Assembly (NCBI GenBank): GCA_030704615.1
Contig: CM060734.1
Coordinates: 4,278,001 to 4,342,000, forward strand
DNA length: 64,000 nucleotides
Source of the DNA: Takakia lepidozioides
Taxonomy: Eukaryota; Plantae; Bryophyta
Direction: 5' to 3'
Shown here: in pieces, positions 50,216 through 63,903 of the stretch
Layout: every line of letters begins with the position of its first letter
Numbering within the stretch: position 1 is the stretch's first letter
Made by a program: the position numbers and the translations under genes
Notes under the pieces: generated by a model
The model's database searches: none
Told to the model about the DNA's origin: nothing
Seen by the model: only the letters and a program-made list of their open reading frames with translations

Positions 50216-53200
50216 CTAGCAAAAAAAAAATTGTCTCCAGAAGAGATTGAACATTTAGAATCTAGAGATATTGCGGAACTCATTCGATCTGACCCTGTTA
50301 CTTGTGCATGTTATTATAATCATAGAATGAATTGTTTTCGAAAACTTTTAGTTAAACAAAATGACTTGTTTGGCCAAGTGACTGATTTCTTTTTTGTAAC
50401 CGAGTTTCAAAGTCGTGGAAGTGAACACGACCACGGTTTATTATGGATTTTCAATTTTCCAATTTTTGGGATATCAGATAATAATGATATCGAAAAATTT
50501 ATAGACAAATACATTACATGTGATAGTAGCGTGTTGCTTGAAGATATGAAAGATGCACAGCTGCACCGCCATAGACGTACTTGCAGGAAAAAACTAGAAG
50601 ATGTTTGCCGGTTCCATTATCCGCTTCCTCCTATGAGAAAAACTACCATTATGCTTCCACTCCCACTACAAGATGATTCACAACAAACGACACTGCTACA
50701 ACAAAACACCAACCGTATTTTCAAAAGATTGAATGAAATGGACATGGGTGAAAACATCTCTTTCGACGACTTTTTGGCATCGCTAAATATTGATTGAAGA
50801 AACCTACCTTTATGCATTAAGAAGTAGATTAAAAAAACCAAGTTTTTGTTTTCTGCAGCGTCAACCTAAAGATATTCGTACGAATGCATTTGGAAGATTA
50901 GCTGGACCATTGGCAAGCAAATACCGACGCACAATTTATTTTAGATCCGTATGCTGCAACTAGCTATTATACGTTTTATCTAACAAAATATTGACAAAAT
51001 TATAACTCATGAATTACAATCAGTCCTACAAAAATGTAAAACCGATAAAACCGAAGCAACCAAACAAATTCGAAAAATGGGCAACGCTTTTCTTAACGCA
51101 CATCAGATGTCTGCGCGATTAGCAGTTTACTTGGTATTATCACTTCCATTGCACCATTCATCAAGATCATTTCAATTCATCGATACTTCTGCAGAAGAAG
51201 ATCGAGCATTTGTTTTGAAACCAACACATATGCTACGTGAACTTCATCCAGATTCAACTGATGTGAAATGTCAGTCATTGATAAATACATACGGAGGCCA
51301 GAATCATTAAACCATCTTTTTCTTGCAGAAGTGATTGCTCAATATAACTTCAAATCATTCAAACGGAGACGCAAAAAAAAATTTGTACAATGGGTTAGTT
51401 ACAATGTTCACCGTGATCTAGGAAACCATTACAAAGAACAATTGCTCCTTTTCTCGCCATTTCAAATTGCAGAACACCTACAAAAAGAAAATTTTGCAAC
51501 ATGGCACGAAGCTTACACAAACAAACAAACTCTAATTGAAGACATTAAAAAAAATCTATGTATACATTCCCCCATATAAATGACACAGCCATGGATGTAG
51601 ATTGGTGTCACCTGGAACAAGTTGCCCATTCTTTGGCTCAAACAAATGATAATGGTATATGGATGGATTTTTTCCCGGATTCTGACATTGAAAATGGTCG
51701 GAAGTTTTTCTATAAAACAACTGATAACATAACAAATACTGCTGGAATTGAATCGTATGATTTGAACTTTGAACGTCGAGTGATTCCATGTGTTGATACA
51801 GAATACGCAAATCCACATTATAATTATGTGATTTCCAACGATGAACTTTTATCAACAAGCACATTTCACTCTATGGTTTGTACATTAAATACAGAGTAGC
51901 GGTTAATTTTTGATGATCTTTTCCACAGAAAAATAAATAAATCCTAACGAACCCATCCATCTTTTTTTAACTGGTGGAGCTGGCACGGGAAAAACTTTTA
52001 CTTTAATGGTTATAATACAAGGTCTTCTTCGTTTGTACATCAAACGAAATAAAAATTCAGATCCTCTTAAGAAGAAAGTCATCAAAATGGTGTACACTGG
52101 AAAAGCTGCTTTCAACATAGATGGATCAACTATACATTCAGGTGTGGCCATTCCTCTAAATAAAAAACTGAATGAATTGTCATCTTTGAGTGATGAACGT
52201 CGTGATAGTTTGACAAAACAATATGATGAATTGCAGCTGCTCGTATTAGATGAGATTTCGTTGATTGGAAGTCGAATGTTGACTTTCGTTGACAGGAGGT
52301 TGAGAACAATAGAACGAGTACACAACAGTTTTTTCGGAGGCCTTGATCTATCATTACTGGAGATCTATATCAGGCACCCCTAGTGCGAGATTCTTGGGTG
52401 TTCAAACCTAAAATGGATGGTTTAGACATATTGGGTAGTAATTTTTGGCAAGACAAAATTTTAAGTTATGAATTGAAACAAGTAATGCGACAAACTGACA
52501 CACAGTTCATTGAGATTCTCAACAGGTTCAGAGTTGCCGAACAAATTAACGACGACATAATCATCATCAATGAACTTTGATATAGAAATCACTCATTCGA
52601 CCCTACATTCCCCCATCTATTCTTCAAAAATGAATCTACCCAAGTCCACAACAATAAAACATTCGAAAAAACAAATGGTCAAGTTTATTTTTTCAAAGCA
52701 AATGATATAAGACATGATACATGTCCATCCCATTTTTCTTTGTCTGCCAAACCAAACAAAACCGCAGGTCTACATGCAGAAATACGGGTGAAATCTGATA
52801 TGCTAGTAGAATTGTGCGGTGGAAACTATGCCATAGATGATGGGCTCGTAAATGGAGCAGATGGTATATTCAAATGTCCTACGACAACGCGTACACAATC
52901 TGTGGTTTGGATTCATTTCAATAACACGCGTGTAGGACAACACACAAGAACCGCAAATTCTCAATTATACGTTACGTTCCGAGAAGTAATGTCAACTTGG
53001 ACCCCCAATTGTGGCCAAAGCTAAAGAGATACAAGTAGGAGGGAATTCTGATCATTTAATTACACGTGTCCAATTCCCTATCCAACTTGCAGCAGCTCGA
53101 ACTATACATCGTGCTCAAGGGTTGACTCCCCTAGCTTTCAATCCAAAAGGTGTTACAAGACATGGTCTAATTTACACAGCTTTATCTAGAATAAAGAAAA

Positions 53201-54015
53201 AAGAGCACCTATACCTTTGAACCCACTCGAACCAAAAAATTTCAACATTGATAAGTCAGTTGCTGAAGAAATGAGACGACTTACAACAATGGCGCAACAA
53301 AAATTGTCAATACCCATCATATCACCATTGCGATACGTTTTTTTGGTCGTGCAAACATTGAATACTCGTTCGCTAAATCAATACCATTCTGACATTATAA
53401 CCGATCGAAACCTTCAAGCTTCACATATCTTATGCTTGAATGAAACACAACTATTGTCATCTGACTTAAATTGGAACACTTTCATTGATCACACCAATTT
53501 TTCTTTTGTAGCATGTCATGATGGTCATGGCATCACCATCTTATATGACACTCAAACTATTCTCTCTCAACATGAATCACACACATACGACGGCGCCGAA
53601 TTCATTTCCGCAACCTTCAATGTAAGTTCACCAAGAGCATTAAATGTAATTGCAATTTACAAACCTCCCAAAATGTCATTACAGATTCTTTTTATTGCAT
53701 TTGGAGAATATATACAATAAAACACTGCACTGTTGCCCAACCATATTTATTGGGGATTTCAATGTCGATATGTTGCAAAAGAGTCCTCAATCTACCATGC
53801 TTCAAGATTACATGGAAACTCGCAAATCTCAAATAATGTGCAAAGAGAGTACTACAGACTATGACTCTCAACTTGACCATATATGGATAAATGCGTCACC
53901 CCTGCCATGCAAATCCGGTACGACCGAAGCATATTGGACAGATCACAAACCAATCTATCTTGCTTTCAAGCTTCCCGACCATGTTAATCGTTTTATTCAT
54001 CCAACAAAAGATTAA
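50216..54015 (+). mobile_element. Helentron RepHel C-terminal half: HUH Rep, PIF1 helicase and AP-type endonuclease (frameshifted)
   Basis: DPVT, EFQSRGSEHDHGLLW, CRFHYP, GGAGTGKT, LDEISL, TIHRAQG, YTALSR. Endonuclease: LNTRSL, LCLNET, IYKPP, GDFNVD, LDHIW, TDHKPI. Confidence 0.9.
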
Positions 54016-54241
54016 TCCGATGCAACATTATAGTTGTAACATTGTTGCTAGGTTTTTGACCATTAAAACAATTATGTACATTATGTTACCAACAATAAAA
54101 AAATATCAATTTATCCTTCATCCACCCATTTTCACAAAATATTAAACCAGCCAAATGTAATATAGAAATTCCAAATTTATGTCTTGCCTATGTAAATGGC
54201 AGGGCTTGTGTGTATCACGCCTTGTTTTTTTTCATAGTGAA

Positions 54242-55745
54242 CTAGGGTAGCCTGTGCCGTTGGCCCAAGTGTCAAGTACCATCTAAGCCCAAGTGTCAAG
54301 TGCCATCTAAGCCCAAGTGTCAAGTGCCATCTAAGCAAGTGCGTCTCCTATGTCGAGGCCCAAGTGCGACCTCTAGGGTAGCCTCTGCCGTTGGCCCAAG
54401 GGTCCAATGCATCTAAGTCTAAATGCATTTAAGTCTAAATGCATTTTTTTCCCACAGAGCCTACGACCATATTCGAACCGGAGACCTTTCACTTGATATC
54501 TCTCCTCTCGAGGCTCCAACCATTGTCTCAGGAATTCCCACTTTGCTATTTTTTTCGGGAATTTTCAGCGACCCAAAGTACTTGAAATTCCACATCTCCT
54601 ACACTGCAAGTCCAAAAATCATGAGACCAAGCCCGTGCACCCCTCCTCGTCGAGGGCTTTCCAATGGTACCAAGCACTAGGGCTGGGGCCTCGCGGTTGG
54701 GGACATCTCAAATCTACAAAACAAAACAAAACAAACAAAACAAAACAAACGTCTCGCTTCATATATTGACTAGGGTAGCCTGTGCCGTTGGCCCAAGTGT
54801 CCAGTCCCAAGTCCTTTCCCTTATGTATCCAAGTGTGTCCCCTAGGTCGATGCCCATGTGTGAAGAATTGAAATCAATATACTAAAATGAATGTGGATGT
54901 TTGTTTAGTTACAAAGAAATGTGTGGTACATGAATGAACAACAAAATGAGCAACAATGTAATGTGATTCAAAGATTGGAATTTGGTGAAAGAGTTAGAAG
55001 TTTATATTAATACTTATGTATATACAATATTCATTGTTTTTGGTACATTTTGATTGGGGAGAAGGACTGTCAACGAATTTGCTGATGTGGTCTGAGAGAG
55101 TGCCACATACAATTGACCATGAGAGAATACAGGTGTTCGAAGATCTAGACCTACATGTTTTACAGATTGTCCCAGTGATTTGTTGATTGTCATAGCAAGA
55201 GCCACCTTCACAGGAAATTGTCTTCGAGTGAATTTAAAAGGTATTCTGGAGATGAATGTTGTTTCTCCATAACATGTACCAGTTAAAATGCGTGCCTCAA
55301 TGACGCGATCACTGAGACGTGTTACTATGAGTCGTGATCCATTACAAAACCCACGTTTTGGAGCTATATTATGCTGCAACATGATTGGACATCCAATTTA
55401 AGATTGAGCTTTGAAGGTGGCAGTCTTGGCAACTCTAAAGAATTGAGATATTATGTAGGATACATATTATGATTATCAGCACCTACCTCAAGAAGTGCTA
55501 AATCTGCACCATGAAATGTTCGAAGAGCTCCTTGGAACATGTGAATTATATCATTATTGATACTGTCAACAACATCATTTCGAATTGATAACATGGTTCG
55601 ATCTTTGAAGTATTCATCGTTGTATGAATTTATATCTCGAATACCATCATAGACGGAGTCAATTAGTGATTGTATATGACGACCATGCACCATTCGTTGT
55701 GGAAGAGGAATGTTGCCATGCTCATCGACTTGAATGGTTCCACTT
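54242..55745 (-). mobile_element. Canonical Helitron 3' portion (PIF1 helicase C-terminus) with repeated hairpin-CTAG termini
   Basis: [38 protein letters not shown]. Minus-strand GGGCCAACGGCA(C/G)AGGCTACCCTAG ends at 54770, 54373 and 54242. Confidence 0.85.
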
Positions 55746-56751
55746 GCAACTTGTAGCAGCCACACTTGGTCAATTATTTGTACTCTGACAGCAATGCTTA
55801 TTTCCAGGGGAATAGGCATATCCACCCTATGTTGGGTGTTGGTCGCCTTCAACAAAGCTCCAAAGGTGATCTCAAGTTACATTAGGCATTGCAAGGTTGG
55901 ATGAACAGTCGAGTCTAGTTCGTCAACGTGGAAGCCGACCAATGTCAAATTGATGTGTGCTGCGGAGGAAAGGATGGATCAGGTCATGTGCCGTGCACGA
56001 CCGTGGATGACCACAGAAACGACGCATAGGAACACGAAGTCGGGGTAGGCCGTGAGGTAGCCGCACTTTAAGGAATCGCTCAGTCTTCTCCTGGGAGTGT
56101 TTCAGCTACGGTACCGTAGGTTGGTGCTTGCTGCAATGCCAGAACTTTCAAGATAGACGTCGTGAGGGTCTGATTGTCATTGTTGCCAGGCGTTGTGCAG
56201 GTTACACTGGAGCTGGAATGGTTTTAGCATAACTTTGAGGACATGGAGGGATTCGGAGCAGACATGCTTTCTATGGTGGTTCAGCCTACCTTGCCTTTAT
56301 ACCAGGCACTCAATGGGAACGTAGCAGCTCCTTCGAACGTCTGGAATGTACGAGCCCTGTTGTATTTGATGAGTTGAAACTGACTCAGTAGCAGTCATCA
56401 ATTGCAGTTAGGTGTCACGAAAGGAGCAGGTTGCAGGCTGCAGCAAGCTCCGGATTGGAGCTGAAGGGGAAGGGCACCCACGTAAAGCAGAATTGGGAAG
56501 CATGGGCCTTGAACAGGTGTAGCGTGGCAGCAGGTGGGGCGGTGCAATCGTAGTGTGGGATGGTTAAGTGTGTGCGTCAAGTGTATGACCTTGTGTCCGT
56601 CGACCCTCAGCCTAGACCATGACCTGGCCCTCTCTCTTCCCGGGTCAGTGTCCAATCCCATTCCTGCTGTTTTAACCAAGATCGTGAGCTTGGATTGCTC
56701 ATACCCTAGAGATATGTAATATGAACAGTGACCGACTTTTCTGTTTGAGAT

Positions 56752-59700
56752 ATGGGTGCATCTTCTGTTGCCATGGTGTGTAAATTGTGGAATCATCTCA
56801 GTAAAAAGTTTGGACGGACCTCCTTCTTTTACTGACCCTCTGATTTTGTCTTCTTTCTCTTTCCATTTGCCGTTGTTTGTCTTTGAATGGTGGTTTCATT
56901 CCTTCCTAGCTTCAACCAAAACTGGAGCTGGTTGGATTGTATGCATTCTCTATTGATAAGTACCTGCTTACAGAACTGTCAAGGCTTGGCAGGGCACTTG
57001 GAGGGTATTGGTGTTCGGAAGTTTATACAGCCACTCATAGTGAAGAGGGAGTGCACTTTTACTTCGTGTGCATGGAAATCCCCTCGGGTCTTAAGTGGAT
57101 CTCTGGCAAGTACAACTCAGACCTCCTCAATTGGGGAGTGTATGTTCTGGCCAATACGGAGGGCTTCAGCTTGTTGTAATTCTGTATGATGTCTAGACCT
57201 TTTCCATTGCGTTTGTCCACCATTTATCTATCCAGTTACCTACTTTCACCCTTACGATGGCTGAGAGTCGATAATTTTATCTTGTCCAAACACCTTACTG
57301 ACCCAGACCATCCTCCTTCTCCTTTTTACTTTCTTCCAGCGGCTAATGCAACATTGTAAGCCAGAACAATCTTCCAGCAAGTTGGTGGTGACTAAGTCAG
57401 AGGCCTGGTAACGCCAAACATTACAATGTGTAACGAAACCTGGAAAATACTGGGCATGGCCCCTGTCCAAATGATTGTGACAAGGGTGTGGTGCCCAATC
57501 CGGGATTCTCTATCCCACCTGACTGTCTGCGGGGTTGTTCCACCACTAGCTCTCTGACTTGCTGCTTTGCAAATGTAGCACATGAGATGGGACAGTTTTG
57601 AATTACTCAGGTTGGAAGCAAGTTATAGGCTTCGCAAAAACTGTTCCTGCTGCTAAATTCAATCATGTGGCTTCTCTACTAGAATTTGAAAGATCTTCTG
57701 TTTTCAAAGCAGCAAAACTAATTTTGGATGTCATGGTCTGGCACACCTCAGTGGTTTTTGTGGATTTAAATCAGATGGTGTACAGTTGAGCTGCAGAAGT
57801 ATGGCTCTATAGACAGTTATGTACTCTTGCACTTGAATTCCGTTACTGGCTGCATTTTGATCGGTTTCATTTCAGTTCTGTCCATTTTGGCTGAGAGGAT
57901 TGAATCCAGGTTGTTGAGTACCGAGGTTTGCGCAAGAGGGTCAAACACATCAAGGCAAGGTCCAGCACTGCTGCCTGTTGTGGTGCCTCACATGAGCCTC
58001 AAACATCATCCAGAATCATCACCCCTGTGACCCTGTGGGAGGTAAGAGTTGCCATCAATGTACCACAAGCCTAGTTTTCTCTGCTGATGGTACCCTGATG
58101 CACTTGGAAAGTAAATGGTATTCCTGTGATATGGACATCTTTGTGAAATTGCACATAGGTTGTCCACAATGGCGTTTCAAAGTTGTTGAGTAGGTTCAAT
58201 TTCAATTTTTTGGATCATGTAACTCTGTTACCATTGATAGTGTTTTTTTTTCTCTTAATTATATTTTGAATTATGAGTTCAGAGCTTGAAGCCAACCATC
58301 AAGTATCTTTCAGTGGCGCAATTGAGCATGGTAAAAGATGCTTTGAAGGTATATGTGCCCAGATGCTTTTTGAATCCCTCTTGAAAGCGTTTTTGGTGTA
58401 TGCGCCACGTCTGTTTTAGCCAACCAATGATTCGTGTCAGTGTATCCTTTCAGAGAGAATAAAGACTTCTAACTTTTATAGCTGATTGTGGTTGAGGTGA
58501 GCTTGCACTGGCTGCTCTTATATAGAACAGAAGAGTAAGACATGATGAGCTCTTGGGTGGGTTGTTGGAAGGAAGATAGGAGATGTTCTTTTCTGTGAGA
58601 TTTTACAAGCTACTAGACTTCAGCCAGTTTGCTTCTCATTTGACAACTCTAAGTGGTCGCTCTGAGATATATCCTCCCTTATGCACCACATTATCCATTA
58701 GTTCTTGCAGAATATGTGGTGACTCCTTTCATAGACAGTGCTTAAGGTTTCTTTTACACCTTCGTTTTCTTTGTCTGGGAGTTCTGCAGGTGGCATTTGA
58801 GGCCCACGATGGGCAGAAGCGCAAGAGTGGGGAGCCTTATATTACTCATCCTGTTGAGGTTGCACGAATTTTAGGAGAACTTGTGAGTTCAAGCCGTTCT
58901 GACACTTAGTGAGAAGTAGATGTGTTGGGATGTGAAATGAAGGAGATTGCCAACCTTTCTTGCTAGATGTGTTGTTGTTGGTAGTACTGAAGTAGTAGGG
59001 TGCAAAGACAATATAGGGCTTTGCACTCGTTTAATTCGTATTTGCCTGAAAATCAAGAGTTGCATCCACTAAAAAATTCAAGAACTCTGCTACCAAACTA
59101 GCACGGCCTACTAAATCAGGTTCTCATGTCCAACTGTACACCCGGGGCTAGCTTTTTGGACGGCTGAATAGACAAAGCTATATCTCTCTTTCAAGAGGTT
59201 GTTGCCTCCACCTTTCTCTTGGGACGAAGAATTCTGTACACTCTATGATGGAACTGTGGGCTGTTGCTCATTGTGTCACGGCCTTCCTCTCCCCTATTGA
59301 ATGAGTCAACTGACCAGCAAGGTGGACAACCACCCTCACTTAAGAGTACGTGGCTGAACAGGTGAGGGAATGTTCATGGTGGGTTGTGAGAACGTGAAAA
59401 GCAACAAAAAATGCCTGGATGCATCTTGTGAAGTGTTATGCAATGAGACTTGCCTGCGGCCCTAATGCATCTAATGCTAATCTTGATTTTAAAAGCTCCC
59501 TCATTCTTGCCACCGGCTGTTTGCTTTCTAATGCCTCCTGGGCATCAGGTCCAAGAAAGAGCAACCTCCCAGCCTGCATCCAAAGAGATCTTTGGATTTT
59601 TCCCATACTGTAGGTAGTGAGCACCGACAGTCAATGTATGTTGATCATTCATGGAATCATTGTTTAGTTTGGGGGATGTTACTTCCATTCATGGCTTACT

Positions 59701-62700
59701 ATTGTGGACAACTCCGATGAAGCTCAGTTTGCTTACATTTGGTTCATGAAGACTCATGAGACAGTTGATCTTGTTACAGTCATCTTATCTGACATGTGCA
59801 AGTGGGGAGGGAAACCAGCTAAGCCAGTTACTGAAGAAGGTTGCACACAATCCATGGCGGCGATCACAAGGGTTGATCATTATGATAGACAGTTTTGATT
59901 GAATGTGACGGTTTGGTTGCATGGAGACAGTCAGACTCAAATGGATGCTTCTATACCTGGATGATTATGTGCAGGAGATGGACTGGGAGACAGTTGTTGC
60001 TGGCCTTTTGCATGACACTGTGGAGGATACACAGCTAGTCACTTTTAAAAAGATTGAGGACCAATTTGGGCCTGCTGTACGACGCATTGTGGAGGGTGAA
60101 ACTAAGGTAGTTTTCTTATGTTATGAGGATGCTACAGAGCTTTGAAGTTAGATTGTATGGATTTGATAAATGGTTGGGCCTGGTTTTGTAGGTGTCAAAA
60201 CTTGGCAAAATACAGTATCAAAACTCCGAGTTGCTGTCCAGGGATGTCAAAGCAGATGACTTGAGACAAATGTTTTTAGCCATGACAGAAGAGGTACTTT
60301 CAAGCCTTGCTACTGTCCTTCGCATCTTCTTCAGATGTTGACATTTAAACAGCCTATTCAAGTTTCCTGACTCTTGTTTCATTCTCACTCACAACCACCT
60401 TTTTCATATCATTTCATTTGTTTGGGTTATTTTATTATTACAAGGGCGGAATTTGTCATCAGTGTGAGTAACGTTCTAGAACTAACATGAGAGACTCTCA
60501 AATTAATCTGTGTGTTAGTGTAGTATAGTGAGGGTTAGTAGAAGGTCGTTGTAGGCTTGGGCTTCGTTCAATTGGTCTTGGACGCATTAAACAGGTTCTG
60601 GACACATTAAACATTAATGTTTAAGGATGATGGCTTTTAAGTTGGATCAAACAAGCATATATCATTACCAACCACCATTCGACATGGATGGTCCAAGATG
60701 AAATGTCATTAATATCTAACCTCAAGTGTGTGTATACAAGGTTGGGACATAATGAATTTTTGGCATATATGTGTATTCTGAATCCTGCGTATTTATGACG
60801 TTTTGACTACACACTTGGATGACCGGCTCTAACCAGTATCTGGATGACCAACTGTAGCCGGTCCCATATTTTGAAAAAAGGTATCTCAGAGAAATAGATA
60901 CGTGTAAATAGCATCCATTGTACCGAGATACCTTTTTTGATGAGGCTATTTAGGGAGTCTTATAGAGTTGAGTCAAATGTTATGGTACAGGCTTAAGGAT
61001 TTCCCCACATAGGGTAAGGGTTTTAATATGTCGTTTGACATACAGATGATATTTGAAGTAGCCTTTTGTTAACTATCATTCGTAAGAACATTTAACTTGT
61101 TCTGGAAGTCAAAGGACACCCCATGCTGAAGAACCTTCCCTAGGGACGGTTATACTTCATTGTAGGAGCTCTTGCAGGAAAAAGCATGCAATTCTGGATC
61201 AGCCAGTGTACAAAAACACACACTACCAGAGAAAAGAGTTAGCGAAATAATAGTGGGAATGTGACACCCAAGTTTATAGCAGCAGGTTCAGATGATTGAG
61301 TGGGTTTGCTGGTCGCAATTTTTGTGGCGGTATCTAGTTTAGCAGTGACTAGGGTGAGGGTGGCTCTATTGGTATTTCTATGTTACAATTTTGAATGCTT
61401 ATGTATGCAGGTGCGTGTCATAATTGTGAAGCTTGCAGATAGGTTGCATAACATGCGGACTCTTATGCACATGCCTCCACACAAGCAGGTTTCCAAGAAA
61501 GATCTTGTCCTCTTGTATTGTGACGCCACTGTTAAACTTTTCGAATATGAAAGGTGTGAAGTTTGCAATTCTACTGCTGAAGTACTTAGCTAATAATCTC
61601 TGTTAGGCATCAAGAAAATGACTTGTTCACTATGGTTGCAAGTTGATGACTTTTGGATTTAACATGCAGCGGCACATTGCAGTGGAGACATTGCAAGTTT
61701 TTGCACCTTTGGCAAGGCTGTTAGGGATGTACCGTATTAAGGTGGGTATAACCTTGCACTCTTAGATCACGAGCGCCAGATGCTATATGTGGTCATTGAA
61801 GAAATATGCTTTCACTAACTGGCGCAGGTTTTATGCAAAGACCACTGAGTGCTGAGCTCTGTGCTGGGATGGTTGGGGAACAGTCAGAACTGGAGGAGTT
61901 ATCATTTATGTATGCATATCCAGAGGAGTATGCAGATGTGAAGTGTCGAGTGCAGGTCCTGTGCAAAGAACAAGAGGAGGTGGTGTTGGAGGTAGATTTC
62001 CACCTGCAGTTTTTTGTACAAACAATTTTTTTGGTTGGTTTCTCGCAACTCAAATGCCCAAAAGTTGCCATTTGTTATGCAGGCAAAGAAAGTATTGCTG
62101 CAAACGACTGTGAAGGACCAGTTTCTTGGCTACATGACTTTGGATGTAAAGGTGGTCACCCTTTGTAAAGAACTTTACAGGTACCTCTTGCTCTGATTTT
62201 TATGGGCATTCTGTTAGACCTACTTATTACTTTCCAGGTCTTTGTGTACTTCTTATTTACTTTGCACACATTCTCTTCTGGTTATTAAGGGAATGTCACT
62301 TTTACGTATGAACATATGTGCTTTAATCCTGGTTCTATATAGAAATAGAAATCTACAGTGTACATAATAATAGCTGTCATCCCTCCTTGGCTGCTGCCTT
62401 CTAGCAAGTGCGCTCAACCATTGTGGACATGGCCGAATTCAGATTCACATATACATTGTGCAGCAATGCATTAACACCTTACAGCATCCCATATATTCCA
62501 GGAGAAATTGTTCAATTTACTCAAGTTGAGAATTCATGTCTGACGCTTTTAGTTCTGAGGAAAAACAAGTACCTGCATGCACAGGGTGTTAAGATTGTGC
62601 AAGGCCACATATGTTAAAGCTGTCGGGTAGGATGGTCGTTTTCTTTTGAGCCAAGCATGACGACAGTACGCAAGGCATGCAAACAGGACTTTGTTCCTGG

Positions 62701-63903
62701 ATTTGTTGCTGTCTAATTAGTAGCTGTTTGGGTTGTGTTGGACTAGCATCCATAAGAAAATACTGGACACGAAGTGCTGTGCGGATGAGATTCGAGATAT
62801 TGCGCAGGTTCATGATGATTTTCTTTTTGCCTTCCGGGAAGTGACAGTGAGTCGTTGATGCATTCATGTAGGTAAAACTTAATTCTAGGTTGATTGTTCC
62901 CCCGGTGAAACGAGGCATTATGATGCACATGGACTTTCTGGTTCTTGCTGTCAGAAGCAACTTTTTTTGGATGGTGTGACTGTATGAAAGTGCGAGCTTC
63001 TCCAATTTAAAGCATGTGACTTTTGGTTTACTGGATGCAGCTAAGGATTATTTTGAGAATGAAACCAGGTGCAACAGTGGGCCCGCTCTGTAATGTCCAG
63101 CAGGTACCTCTCACATTATTTTCCGTTTCGTGGGGATATCCATGACCCAGTATACCATGCCTGAGGTGCGATTGTGTTGTTGTGATTTGCAGGTACACAG
63201 GTATTTGCCCGTTACTTGGGAATGTCAGTTGACCAAGTTAACCATGTCTGAGGTGTGTTCCTTGGTTGTGATTTGCAGGTATGCTACCATGTGCTGGGTC
63301 TAGTGCATGCCATGTGGCCCCCAGTTCCTCAAACGGTATACAGCACAACCTTTCTAATGCAGCATTTCTGCTCCCAATTGTAGATATAACGGACGTTGGG
63401 TAGCATGGACTTAAGACCTTACCGGGATGACTCTTTTCCAGGCCTTGAAGACGTGTAATTGCATTGTGCTGTTGCAGATGAAGGATTACATCGCCACACC
63501 AAAACCCAATGGCTATCAGAGTCTTCATACAACAGTCATTCCATTTGGCTCAAAGACATATTTCTCTCTAGAAATTCAGGTAAATCCAAAAGGATTTGAG
63601 GTTCGGGTCATCAAGTATTCCACGAAGGGTGACATTGTGCCTTGTTGACCCTTCAATTGCCAGTATGCACTTGACCGAGTGCTTGGTTGGCAGATTCGGA
63701 CAGAGGAGATGGATAAGCTGGCAGAATGGGGAATAGCGGCCCACCACAGTGGGAAGTGGGCGGTTGAGCAGGAGTCTGATGCACTTGGTGCTTTCGCACT
63801 CGCAGGACCAAATGGCCCTGTTGTTGGCAATATCGCCAGCATTAAGCCACCTCAATCTCGAGGTTGGAGTGGCTGCTTAAATGATGCCGATATTGCTCGA
63901 AGG
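56752..63903 (+). CDS. RSH1: Plant RelA/SpoT homologue, RSH1 type (plastid ppGpp hydrolase); continues past the window end
   Basis: Phase-compatible GT-AG exons: 56974-57183 (SCAWKSPRVL), 57910-58041, 58283-58348, 58790-58882 (AHDGQKRKSGEPYITHP), 59975-60106 (GLLHDTVED), 60192-60293, 61411-61488 (KLADRLHNMRTL), 61670-61741, 61884-61991, 62083-62180, 62747-62807, 63041-63103, 63279-63335, 63478-63579 (KDYIATPKPNGYQSLHT), 63694-63903. The start codon and first exon (~56752) are uncertain. Confidence 0.93.

Noticed and set aside
56752-63903. Bacterial relA/spoT contamination or recent horizontal transfer
   Set aside because: Many spliceosomal introns and a plant RSH1-type N-terminus.
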